A model generated the notes under the pieces. That model worked only from the letters and a program-made list of their open reading frames with translations. It ran no database searches and was not told the origin of the DNA. The translations under genes were made by a program, and so were the position numbers. Shown one piece after another: positions 8,971 to 18,009 of a DNA stretch of 31,812 nt. The number at the start of each line of letters is the position of its first letter. Within the stretch, counting starts at the first letter, position 1. This stretch comes from Armatimonadota bacterium (GTDB lineage Bacteria > Armatimonadota > Zipacnadia > Zipacnadales > UBA5352): contig JAYENL010000182.1 in the NCBI GenBank assembly GCA_034722055.1, positions 1 to 31,812 on the forward strand, read 5' to 3'.

Positions 8971-9174
8971 TGGGGGGGCCGCTCCGCGCGTTCAACGCGC
9001 AGCGTTGACGCGAGGAGTGAGGCGCTGCGTGCAGCGCCGAAGGTTCCACCCCGGCCCGGCACGTAGCTCTACCCATGACTAAACGGCGCGCAGGCGGGGG
9101 CGCCTGCGCTACTTAACGGGTGGGCCGGGGTGGAACCTCCGAGGTGGCTCCATTCGCTCGCGGCGGCCCCTCCA
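8971..9174. repeat. Inverted pair of branched REP-like elements (A 8971-9057 +, B 9122-9174 -) with a GTAG REP between them (9088-9112 -)
   Basis: Shared ends TGG(A/G)GGGGCCG and GGTTCCACCCCGGCCC. The middle element is GTA-GCGCAGGCG-CCCC-CGCCTGCGC. Confidence 0.9.
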
Positions 9175-9248
9175 CACAACAGCACCCATCGAACCAGTTG
9201 GCGTTCGTCACCGCCTCCAGTATCTGGGCAAATCATATCTGTGAGCCA

Positions 9249-11315
9249 TCAGCGCTCGCGCTGCGCGATGTTGTCCTCGATGTACCAGTCAATCTCGCTC
9301 CACTCCCGGCTGCCGTCGGCGACCTCACGAAGCTGCGCGGCCAGCAGGCCGAGATACTCGTGCAGCACCGACATGTCGCGCATGTAGGAGGGCACCAGGT
9401 AGTGCGGCTTGTTGCCCTCGATGGTGGCCATGGCAGCGGCGACGGATTCCAGCGCCTCATCGACCTCCTCAGCCAGCGTCAGTGCATCCACGTGGCCCTC
9501 AGCGCGGCCGTGGGCGGCCTCGAAGGCCCTGGACATGACGCGGAAGGCGTAGCCGTGGCAGGCCAGGCGCTCGGCCTCGACCGCCATGTTCACACACAGC
9601 GCGTCCGAGCGGCCGTCGAGCAGCAGGCGCGCGCGATTGCCGGCCTCCTCCAGGAAGCGGAGGTCATCGGCCCTGTCGCCAAGCTCCTGCAGCGGCTCCA
9701 GGGGGTACTCGCGCGGCCAGGGCTTGTTGGGGCGCTCGTAGGTGTAGGTGTAGTACCACAGGAGCCCGAAGGCGGACGTCTCTGCGGCGCGGTCGAGCCA
9801 GCGCCGGGCCTCCAGGACATCGCCATCGCCCCTCACCTCCGCCCACTTTTGCTCGAAGAGGTGGATGGGGCCCGCGCCGCGCTGGTTCCACGAGTACTCC
9901 GCGAGGGCGTCGAACTCCAGGCCCCAGGCCTCATCGAAGACCGAGTAGGAGGCTGCGCCCTCCGCCCGGTCGGCCTGCGCCCGCTGCAGCATCTTGTCAA
10001 CGTTGCGCTTGCGCGGATCCCAGCGCGACCAGTTGTAGTAGCAGGTCATGGGCTTGACCCAACTGCGCACGCCGAAGCCCATCTTGGGATCGGCCTGGGG
10101 GTTGATGCTCTCGGTGCTGTACCACCACCAGTCGATGATGACGTGGTCGATGAGGCCCTCCTCGCGCAGGCGGTCCACGAAGGCCTCATCCCAGGCCTCC
10201 ATGTGGCGGGTGAACTGGTCGTTGTACATGATCACGTTCTCCACGCCTGCGGAGACGAGATGCTTCGCGAGTGTGATGGCCCAGTCCTGGAACATCTCCT
10301 CCATCGGCCTCTGACTGCACTGTGGGCAGCGGCAGAACTTCGTCCCCACCTCGTCGAGCTGGATGTGGAAGCTGTGCACGTCATGGGGCCTGAGGTAGGT
10401 CTCGTAGATGTGCTGATACCATCCGGTCACGAACTCGACGACGTCGGGGTTGCTGAGGCAGTAGCCGTAGCCCTGCGGCTGGCCATTCTCGTCCTTCGCC
10501 GCGAACTCCGGGATGATGCGAGGGATCAGCGTGTTGTGGCCCAGGCTGTTGACGTAAGGGATGACCTCCACGCCGCGCTGCTGTCCGTAGGCAACGATGT
10601 CCCCGAGGAAGTCCTGCTCGAAGATCCGGGGCAGGTAAGTGATCTGTTTCTCCTCACCATCGGTGGGTGAGTACCAGCGGATCGTCCACTCCCGTTTCAG
10701 CTCCGGATGATCCGGGACCGGGACATTGATCCACTCGGTGATCCGGCCGTCATACTGCACGCACCAGCAGCCATAGAGGCCGATGCCCAGCTTGTTGAGC
10801 TTCCGCTCGGCGAGGTAGTCGATGACGTGCTGCCAGTCCCCGAGCTCCATGAGATCCGGGCCCCACTTGTCCTCGACGAAGACCCCGCGCGTCCGCAGCA
10901 TCGGCCAGTCCACGATCAGCGCCGCGGGGACGCTGCCATGGGCCGGAATGCGGTTGAGGACCTCGTTGAGCGTTCTCAGGCCCCACCGGGCGCCGCGCTC
11001 GCTTCGCGCCACCAGCTCGGCGCCGTCGGGGAGGATGCGCAGCTCGTAGGCCTCATCCAGGGCGTGCTCCGGGATCTCGGGGCGCGCGAAGTCGGGCTCA
11101 ACTGCTACGCTCACCTCGTAGTCGATGGCGCCAAGCTCGGCGGCGATCAGATCGGCATGGCTGCCCTCGCCCGGCTCGCTGCCCCTGGGCACCTCGAGCT
11201 GCGCAGGCCTCTGCACCGCCTGGCTATGCAGCTCGACATGCTGGGGCTCAGGGATGATCTGGGGGAAACGCTGTGCTGCATCCGCGCTCGCCGCTCTCAG
11301 CTCTTCACGAGACAT
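9249..11315 (-). CDS. GH20-like beta-N-acetylhexosaminidase, cytoplasmic
   Basis: ATG 11315 after GGAGAGAGGG. IIPEPQ/EAYELRI GH20b domain, IVDWPMLRTRG, EVIPYVNSLGH and catalytic HIQLDE. Confidence 0.85.
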   Translation of the reverse strand: MSREELRAASADAAQRFPQIIPEPQHVELHSQAVQRPAQLEVPRGSEPGEGSHADLIAAELGAIDYEVSVAVEPDFARPEIPEHALDEAYELRILPDGAELVARSERGARWGLRTLNEVLNRIPAHGSVPAALIVDWPMLRTRGVFVEDKWGPDLMELGDWQHVIDYLAERKLNKLGIGLYGCWCVQYDGRITEWINVPVPDHPELKREWTIRWYSPTDGEEKQITYLPRIFEQDFLGDIVAYGQQRGVEVIPYVNSLGHNTLIPRIIPEFAAKDENGQPQGYGYCLSNPDVVEFVTGWYQHIYETYLRPHDVHSFHIQLDEVGTKFCRCPQCSQRPMEEMFQDWAITLAKHLVSAGVENVIMYNDQFTRHMEAWDEAFVDRLREEGLIDHVIIDWWWYSTESINPQADPKMGFGVRSWVKPMTCYYNWSRWDPRKRNVDKMLQRAQADRAEGAASYSVFDEAWGLEFDALAEYSWNQRGAGPIHLFEQKWAEVRGDGDVLEARRWLDRAAETSAFGLLWYYTYTYERPNKPWPREYPLEPLQELGDRADDLRFLEEAGNRARLLLDGRSDALCVNMAVEAERLACHGYAFRVMSRAFEAAHGRAEGHVDALTLAEEVDEALESVAAAMATIEGNKPHYLVPSYMRDMSVLHEYLGLLAAQLREVADGSREWSEIDWYIEDNIAQRER

Positions 11316-11511
11316 GTCAGTACCCTCTCTCCATCGGTGCATCCGCGCCGCACCCGGCGGCCGGGTGACCGCCCGCCGGTGCGCGATGCTCATCTGTGAT
11401 CTGCGTCAGGCATTCGCCTCGCCAGCGCCATTCCAGCGAGGAGTCGCTCCCACCCCGGTTCGTCAGACGCGCGCCGTCACCTGCCGCGAGCGCGTATCAA
11501 TTGACTGGCCC

Positions 11512-11565
11512 AGGGATTCAGTGGCGCTTCGCGCCACAAGCCGGCGAGGGCGCCGGCTTCCCAGG
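11512..11565 (-). repeat. Two-hairpin REP-like element, copy 1
   Basis: Minus strand TGGG-AAGCCGGCG-CCCT-CGCCGGCTT-GTGGCGC-GAA-GCGCCAC. 53/54 identical to 27552-27605. Confidence 0.9.
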
Positions 11566-11685
11566 ATGGGATGTAGGCCAGGGGCACAAGTTTCCCAGAG
11601 CGAGATAGGTGCGAGAAGGTCCCGTGAGCGTGACCAACGCAATGGCCTGCAACGCGCCGCCACATCGTCATCGGGAGGGGCGGAA

Positions 11686-13143
11686 ATGCCAGCAGCCGAC
11701 GCCGGGAAGCCGCAGTACGAGCACATCGTGCACCCCACGATGGAGGAGATGGAGGACGGGCTGCGGGAGTGGGCGGCGCAGCGCCCCAATGCCCTGAGAG
11801 TCGAGGTGGCGGGGCGGTCGCCGGAGGGCCTGCCGGTGCTGCTGTGCAGGATCACGGACGCCGGCGTCCCTGATGAGGACAAGCAGGTGGCGCTGATCAC
11901 GACCTGCCACGCCGGCCGCGAGCTCAATACCGCTACGGGCGCGCTGCGCCTCATCAAGTGGCTGATCTCGGATGATCCTGCGGCCGCTGAGATTCGCCGG
12001 CGGCAGATCGTCCTGGTCATGCCGGTCTGCGACCCGGAGGGCTTCGAGAGGCATCAGATCGGCAACAGCCTCGGTCACAGCCCCTACGGCGCCTGGACGC
12101 TCGATGGGGTGCGCGAGCCCGAGAAGAGCCCCGAGGCGGTTGCCATCAAGGGCGTCATCGACGAGCACATGCCGGAGGTCCACTGTGACATGCACGGGGT
12201 CTGGTATGGCGAGCAGACCATGTGGGAGAGCACGGGCATCTCCTGGGCCAGCGGCCTGTGCCGGCCTTACGTGCAGGAGTTCACGCGGCTGATCGACCGC
12301 CGGGCCGAGGAGGAGGGCTTTCTGATCACGCGCGGGGAACAGGACGCCGGCCAGGTGCGGGCCACGGCCCCGGTCGAGGGCGGCGAGCATCACTTCTACC
12401 TGCAGAAGGCCGGCGTGAACGACTGCGTCTACAGCTACCGGCAGTATCACGCCCTGGCCTTCACGCTGGAGGCGGGCTTCGAGGAGAGCATCATCGCACG
12501 CATCCGGGCGATGCTGGAGCTGGGGCACCACAGGTGGCGGGGCGAGCCCCACCACGGCTATCCGGTCAACCAGGTGGGCTGCTGGACCTCCACGGCGATC
12601 GCCGCCTGGGGCACGACGGCGATCGAACGGCGGCGCAGCCGCGTGGAGCTGTGGCGGAAGCTGGAGCAGCTCCGCTTCGGCTGCGGCCACCCGGAGCCGC
12701 GTGGCACGGTTATGGCCTTCTGTGCGACGAACGCGCGAGGGGCATCATATCTGGAGCCCGAGGAGATTGGCGACATCCTCCACGGGCTGGAGGACGTCGG
12801 GGGCTTCGACCTGTCCGCCCTCCGGGAGTTCAACCAGCGCACGCCGACGGAGAGGGTCCTGCCTGCAGGCGCCGGCAATGCCGGCGAGCCCATCCAGCAT
12901 GGCCTCGCCATCCGGCTGCTGATCCCGCACCGGGAGTCCCGGATTCGGCACCTGGCGCTGGATGGACGCCCTCTGGCGCTCTCACGCACGAGGGGCTATC
13001 AGCTCTGGCGGCATCCGGGGACGATCGTGCAGGTGAACATCCCGCCGGGCGAGGTCGGCGACCTGCACATCGTTACCTGTGCCTATGAGGAGCACAGCGG
13101 CCGGCGCTCCGGCTTCCGTGCCGAGGATTGGCGGCTGGCGTGA
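11686..13143 (+). CDS. M14-family zinc carboxypeptidase-like protein
   Basis: GGGAGG RBS. GRSPEGLP, HAGRE, VCDPEG (NPDG-equivalent), DMHG and FTLE. Confidence 0.8.
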   Translation: MPAADAGKPQYEHIVHPTMEEMEDGLREWAAQRPNALRVEVAGRSPEGLPVLLCRITDAGVPDEDKQVALITTCHAGRELNTATGALRLIKWLISDDPAAAEIRRRQIVLVMPVCDPEGFERHQIGNSLGHSPYGAWTLDGVREPEKSPEAVAIKGVIDEHMPEVHCDMHGVWYGEQTMWESTGISWASGLCRPYVQEFTRLIDRRAEEEGFLITRGEQDAGQVRATAPVEGGEHHFYLQKAGVNDCVYSYRQYHALAFTLEAGFEESIIARIRAMLELGHHRWRGEPHHGYPVNQVGCWTSTAIAAWGTTAIERRRSRVELWRKLEQLRFGCGHPEPRGTVMAFCATNARGASYLEPEEIGDILHGLEDVGGFDLSALREFNQRTPTERVLPAGAGNAGEPIQHGLAIRLLIPHRESRIRHLALDGRPLALSRTRGYQLWRHPGTIVQVNIPPGEVGDLHIVTCAYEEHSGRRSGFRAEDWRLA

Positions 13144-13152
13144 GGGAACAGC

Positions 13153-13375
13153 AGGCCGGACGCTGGTCCGGCCTCTCCACGCCACCATGCGGTGGCGTAT
13201 AAAGACAGCAGGCCCGCCAGGACAGACCCTCCCCGCGCGATGGCTGTCGCGCAGGTGGACCTCGGCCATCCTCCGCCTCAGCGGCACGGGACGGGGCGCA
13301 GCCTGGTGTTTTCGGCTGGGGCGAGGGCGCTGGCAGCGCACACACGCATCTGGCGCGCGGGCGCCCTCGCCCGCG
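13153..13375. repeat. REP-like cluster between convergent genes
   Basis: GTGGAG-AGGCCGGAC-CAGC-GTCCGGCCT (13153-13180 -), GCGGGCG-CCCT-CGCCCGC (~13357-13374 +) and a degenerate inverted partner at ~13318-13345. Confidence 0.75.
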
Positions 13376-13387
13376 CTTTGCACGGCA

Positions 13388-14260
13388 TCATGTCCCCGCG
13401 AACTGCTCATACAGCTCCAGCGGGCGCTGCATGGCGTCATCGAGCTCGGTGAGCGCCAGGCGGACGTGGGCGGTGCGCTCGTCGCCGGGCAGCAGGTCAT
13501 CGCCAAACAGCGACAGATACAGCGGGTTCTGGACCGCGAAGGGATCATCCGGGTTGTCGCTGGCGTAGCCGCTGACCACGGCGAAGCACTCCTCCGGCCG
13601 GCTCATCAGCACCGCCGCCACGCTGGTCTCGGGATCGACCTGCATGCAGATGGGCAGCTCGTAGAAGCGCTGCGGATTCCACTGGTACATGGCCCACAGG
13701 CCCGTCCAGCGGCCGTCAACGGGGCGTTTGGAGCAGTGCCAGTCGCGGGGGAAGACCAGCCCCGTTCCTACGTAGACGTCGTTGACCTCCGTGGCGACCC
13801 ACTGCGGCTGGTCGGGCGGATCGGCGTAGGGCGAGCCCTGCAGGTAGACGTGCGGGTTCATGGGCGGGTCGAAGTAGTTGGAGAGGAATAGCTCGTAGGC
13901 CTCGTAGGCCCACTCTGACTGCACGGTAACGGTGAGGTCGATGACCGCGCCACCGACGATCTCGTAGACCGCGGTCACCGCAGCGCGGTGATCGTCGTTG
14001 GCGGGCCAGTGCACCGTGAGGCTCTCGCCCTGGGCCTGCACCTCCCGCTCGTACTCGCGCACCGTCCCCATGCACTGGTTGGTCGAGAACAGCAGGAACA
14101 GGTTCAGCACATCGTAGTCGGGATGCACCACATCCACGCCGGTGGCCTTGTGCGTGAGGGTCTTGATGCCGTGACGGCCGCCCTCCGGCTCCAGCATGCC
14201 CTCCAGCTCATCGGTCTCGAAGCTCCACCATCCAGTCTCCGCGTCATGCTCGAACGGCAT
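13388..14260 (-). CDS. Hypothetical protein (beta-rich, possibly galactose-mutarotase-like)
   Basis: GGAGGGAGG RBS before ATG 14260. Strong coding bias. Directly follows the oxidoreductase. Confidence 0.8.
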   Translation of the reverse strand: MPFEHDAETGWWSFETDELEGMLEPEGGRHGIKTLTHKATGVDVVHPDYDVLNLFLLFSTNQCMGTVREYEREVQAQGESLTVHWPANDDHRAAVTAVYEIVGGAVIDLTVTVQSEWAYEAYELFLSNYFDPPMNPHVYLQGSPYADPPDQPQWVATEVNDVYVGTGLVFPRDWHCSKRPVDGRWTGLWAMYQWNPQRFYELPICMQVDPETSVAAVLMSRPEECFAVVSGYASDNPDDPFAVQNPLYLSLFGDDLLPGDERTAHVRLALTELDDAMQRPLELYEQFAGT

Positions 14261-14280
14261 TGTGCGCCCTCCCTCCAATG

Positions 14281-15471
14281 TCAGTCCCACATACCCAGCT
14301 CGAAACGAACGCCGCCCTGCGGGAACGGCACATCGACCAGGGACTCGGGGTCCTCCCAGTCGCCGTAGGTCCGGCGATAGGCCTCCTCGATGTCACGCTC
14401 CAGATCGGTCGGCTCCCCCAGCGGCAGGTCCAGCCATCCGCCGCCCCGACGGTGGCTCTCGCGGATGGCGAAGAGCACTTCGATGTCCCGGCGGGCGTTG
14501 CCAGGGCCGTAGGCCGGGTCGCTGCCGTCGGTAATGGCAGCGTGGAAGCCGTTCAGCAGGTCCATGCGCGCCACCTCATCACTGCTGTCGGCGCGCCACT
14601 CGCGGTGGGGATTCTCCAGGACCACCGGCGGATCAGTGTCCACGCGCACGTGATCGAAGACTCTCTCGCCCTCGACCTCGATGCTCTCGGAGACGAAGTC
14701 GAACTCCAGGAAGTCCGAGGTGCTGCCGATGAACAGGCTCTCACCGAAGAGCTGGCCGCGCGTGCCCTCCACATCCCACCGCCGGGACATGCGCGCCCGG
14801 GGCGGGCTCTCGAAGATGCACATCACGTCGGAGTCGAACTCGAAGACGCCCAGGTCCCAGCGATCGCGGCTGAGGGTGCGGCCGGTGAAGTGCTCGAACC
14901 TGGGCACCCGGACCTCGCCGGTGACGCCCAGCACACGCTGGACCTCGCCCGGCACCAGCATGCGGATGCCATTGATCCCGTGGTAGTCGGCCTTGTTGGT
15001 GTAGTAGAGCCGGGCGTGCTGCGGCTGGCCGATGCAGCGCTCGTCGATGAGGAGCCGCTTGAGCTGTTCCTCGGCCCACAGCCACACCTGCTCGGCGACC
15101 TCCAGCACGATGCCGGCCTCGCGTGCGGTCCGGACCATCCAGTCGGCGATGGTGGTGATGGGCGCGATGGGGATCTCGGTGATGACGTGCACGCCGCGCG
15201 CCGCGCAGACGCCCAGCGTCATGGGGTTGGCGTCAGGCGGTGCAGCACCCAGCACCGCATCCGGCTCCGCGCCGTCCAGCAGCTCCAGCAGCGTGCGGTA
15301 CCCCTCCACTCCCCAGCGCCTCTGCGACGCGAGGCGCTTCTCCTCATTCACCTCGCAGAACCCGCAGAACTCGTAGAGCTCGCTGTGTCGGGTGAGCTTA
15401 TGCAGCGTCTGCATCCACGACTGCCCTCGGCCGGTACCTGCTCCGACCATTCCGATGCGCAGTCGGCTCAT
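14281..15471 (-). CDS. Gfo/Idh/MocA-family oxidoreductase
   Basis: GGGAGG RBS. LRIGMVGAG Rossmann start, HVITEIPIA (EKP-equivalent), VAEQ and YHG. Confidence 0.9.
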   Translation of the reverse strand: MSRLRIGMVGAGTGRGQSWMQTLHKLTRHSELYEFCGFCEVNEEKRLASQRRWGVEGYRTLLELLDGAEPDAVLGAAPPDANPMTLGVCAARGVHVITEIPIAPITTIADWMVRTAREAGIVLEVAEQVWLWAEEQLKRLLIDERCIGQPQHARLYYTNKADYHGINGIRMLVPGEVQRVLGVTGEVRVPRFEHFTGRTLSRDRWDLGVFEFDSDVMCIFESPPRARMSRRWDVEGTRGQLFGESLFIGSTSDFLEFDFVSESIEVEGERVFDHVRVDTDPPVVLENPHREWRADSSDEVARMDLLNGFHAAITDGSDPAYGPGNARRDIEVLFAIRESHRRGGGWLDLPLGEPTDLERDIEEAYRRTYGDWEDPESLVDVPFPQGGVRFELGMWD

Positions 15472-15599
15472 TGTCGCTTCCTCCCTGTCGGTGAGTCGGG
15501 CCACCCGTGCTATGGGCGGCACCGGCTCTCATCGATCTAACGCTGACTGGCAGAAGCTCGCGTCCTCTGCAGCGTCACGGTGCTGCGTCTGCTCCAACA

Positions 15600-15851
15600 T
15601 GGAGGGGCCGCCGCGAGCGAAGCGAGCGGTGTGAGGTCGCGAGCAGAGCGAGGGACCTCACAGGTTCCACCCCGGCCCGCTGACCGAGCCTTCGGCCCGG
15701 ACACACGCTACCACTCGAGCGCCTCTTCCCACGGCCACAGCCCGACCCGCCTCCCAGTCTATTGCTCAGTGCTTGGGCCGGGGTGGAACCCTCGGCCTGT
15801 GCGCCCTGCTCACAGGCCTCACCGGGCGCTACGCGCCCGGCGGCCCCTCCA
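15600..15851. repeat. Inverted pair of branched REP-like elements (C 15600-15678 +, D 15775-15851 -)
   Basis: Same fixed ends as A/B, with two different internal hairpin arms in each copy. Confidence 0.9.
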
Positions 15852-15953
15852 CCTGAAGGCTGGCCCTCACCAGGACACCCAAGCCTGCTGACTGCACTGG
15901 TTCGCGACATCCCAAGACTCCCGCAAGCAAGGACTGGACGATGCCCTGCCGCG

Positions 15954-16790
15954 CTACTCAAGCGGCAGCCCGAAAAGCTGCTTCGCGTTGCGGTACAGGA
16001 TGTTGCGACGGTCCTCGTCGGTCATGTAGGCTGAGAGGATGCAGCCGATCCCGTAGTGGGGGTCGAACCAGGGGCTGTCGGTGCCGAACAGGATCTTGCG
16101 GCTGCCGGCGTGCTCCACCATGATCTCCAGCGCCCCGCGCACTGAGTAGGCGGCGGTCAGCTCCAGGTAGACATGCTCGTGGTCACGCGCCACCTTCGCG
16201 GACTCCTCCCAGTCCCCATAGCCGGCGTGGCCCATCAGCAGCGGGATGTCGGGGAACTGTTCGGCAACCGTGGCGACCTCCCGGTAGCTGGACATGCCCT
16301 CGCCCTGCCAGGTGTGCGTGAGGATGGGCACGGAGCGCTCGTTTGCGTACTCGAAGGCGGGGCGGTAGCGATCATCGGTGAGCGGGACGTCGTGCCCGTT
16401 GGGATGCAGCTTGAAGCCCACGAAGGCCGGCACGCCCGGGACCTGCCCCGTGGCCTGCTGATTGCTCTCGAAGTCGTCCAGCTCCGCCTGCAGGCGCTCG
16501 GGGTAGTTGGGATTGAGCGCCCACCAGCCGCGGAAGCGGCCGGGGTGCTGGGCCACCAGGTCCGCCATCTCGCGGTTGCCCCGGGTGGTGTCCACCAGGG
16601 CGGCGTGGGCCGACATCAGCAGCCAGCGCACGCCGCAGCGGTCCATCGTCTCCAGCACGTCGTCGGGGCGCCATCGGGGGAAGTAGATGGCCTGGTAGGG
16701 GCCGAAGTGCCCGTGCGTGTCGATGACAGGGCAGTCCCCCACCCGCCCGTGCTCCACGAACTCCCGCGTAAGCCTGCCCTCGCCGATCAC
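15954..16790 (-). CDS. Amidohydrolase_2-family TIM-barrel protein, metal ligands intact
   Basis: IDTHGH, GFKLHP, LTHT, MGHAG and LFGTDSP. GTG start overlaps the upstream stop (GTGA). Confidence 0.9.
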   Translation of the reverse strand: MIGEGRLTREFVEHGRVGDCPVIDTHGHFGPYQAIYFPRWRPDDVLETMDRCGVRWLLMSAHAALVDTTRGNREMADLVAQHPGRFRGWWALNPNYPERLQAELDDFESNQQATGQVPGVPAFVGFKLHPNGHDVPLTDDRYRPAFEYANERSVPILTHTWQGEGMSSYREVATVAEQFPDIPLLMGHAGYGDWEESAKVARDHEHVYLELTAAYSVRGALEIMVEHAGSRKILFGTDSPWFDPHYGIGCILSAYMTDEDRRNILYRNAKQLFGLPLE

Positions 16791-17548
16791 AGGCGCACCT
16801 CCTCCAGCATCCTGCGCAGGTTGCCCCCCGCGATCAGCTCCCGGTCCTCATCCGAGATGCGGGCGCGCAGGAGGGTCAGGATCGGCCCGCCCATGGGCGT
16901 CTCCGGGAAGTTGGTGCCGAACAGCAGCCGCCGGGAGCCGTAGCTGCGGCAGAGGTCCTCGATCCCGCCATCCAGCTCGTAGCGTGAGGTGTCCACCATG
17001 AAGTTGGGGTAGCGTTGCATCAGCGGCCGGAAAAGGCGGTCCTCGCCCCAGCTTCCATGGGCCACGATGACCAGATGAAGCTGGGGGAAGTCGGCCAGCA
17101 CCTGGTGGGCGAGGCGGTAGGTGTCGAGGTTGCCGGGCATCTCGCGCCGATGCACAAAGAGCGGGATGCCGCGGCTCTGCATCTCCTCCAGCAGCTCGCC
17201 CATGACGCTGGCGTTGAGCAGGTAGCGATGCTTCTCCGGGTAGGCCCACAATGCCCGGACTCCCTCCTGGCGCATTGCCTCCAGGAAGTCATCGACATCG
17301 CCGACCTCCCGCGTCTGCGGAGGCAGCATCCCCCACGCCGGCTCCAGCCGGGGATCGCCGCGCGCGCCCTCCGCGGTCAGCCGATTGCCCACCTCGGGGC
17401 TCTCCTCGAAGATGGCCGCGCTGCGCACCAGCGCGCGGGCGATCCCGGCGCGCTCCATCTCGCCCAGCAGCGCCTCGGGCGTCTCCGCGCCAGCCGTCGG
17501 CGGGGACTTGGGCACACCGTACCAGCAGTTGCAGTCAAACAGCTCCAT
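16787..17548 (-). CDS. Amidohydrolase_2-family protein with degenerate metal site
   Basis: ATG 17548 after GGAG. FDCNC in place of DxHxH, LLFGTNFP in place of FGTD, and C-terminal IAGGNLRRML. Confidence 0.85.
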   Translation of the reverse strand: MELFDCNCWYGVPKSPPTAGAETPEALLGEMERAGIARALVRSAAIFEESPEVGNRLTAEGARGDPRLEPAWGMLPPQTREVGDVDDFLEAMRQEGVRALWAYPEKHRYLLNASVMGELLEEMQSRGIPLFVHRREMPGNLDTYRLAHQVLADFPQLHLVIVAHGSWGEDRLFRPLMQRYPNFMVDTSRYELDGGIEDLCRSYGSRRLLFGTNFPETPMGGPILTLLRARISDEDRELIAGGNLRRMLEEVRL

Positions 17549-17737
17549 GACCCGAACTCCATGCGGCGTCATCTCATGCGTGGCTGCAGTTTCCCCGCGA
17601 GCGGTCTCCGTCCTCCCGACTGAGGGGACATTCAAGGCGTGCGCCGATTGTGGGCCGTGCCGTACGGAGGTCGGGCCTTCCCACGCCCGAGGCAGACCGA
17701 AAGGCCCGCATTCCTTGTCGTTGCTCGCTCCCAGGAG

Positions 17738-17782
17738 GTGGCGCTTGCGCGCCACAAGCCGGCGAGGGCGCCAGCTTGCCAG
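17738..17782 (-). repeat. Two-hairpin REP-like element, diverged copy 3 (further GGAG palindromes at ~17665-17690 and ~17814-17860)
   Basis: GTGGCGCTTGCGCGCCACAAGCCGGCGAGGGCGCCAGCTTGCCAG aligns with 11521-11564 with one insertion and two substitutions. Confidence 0.8.
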
Positions 17783-18009
17783 ACATGGAAGGGGCTGGCG
17801 AAGGCGAAGGACTCGGAGGGACGAAGTGCGCCGCCGAGGGCGCCTTGCGCGCCCCGCCCGGATGCGATAGACTCTCGCGACATGCGAAATGCGGGAGGAC
17901 TGTTCGCGCGAGTGTGGAAGTCGTACGCAGCAGCACAGGGACGGTCCCGCCATCGACTATCGGCGCCCACACGGGCGCGAAGAGCCCGTGAGACATCGGG
18001 CTGGCGATC

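Noticed and set aside
11497..11504. TCAATTGA palindrome between divergent genes
   Set aside because: Single 8-bp site with no second copy found and no regulator gene nearby.
11125..11685. Long N-terminal extensions in the ORF track (also at 2915, 3736, 5686, 17953, 27441, 30109)
   Set aside because: They run through REP or intergenic DNA or neighbouring genes. Downstream starts have clear RBSs and match family N-termini.
15600..15678. tRNA-like look of the branched elements (77-79 nt, cloverleaf, GGTTCCA resembling a T-loop)
   Set aside because: The T-stem would be only 2-3 bp. There is no D-loop consensus, 7-nt anticodon loop or CCA, and the arms vary between copies.
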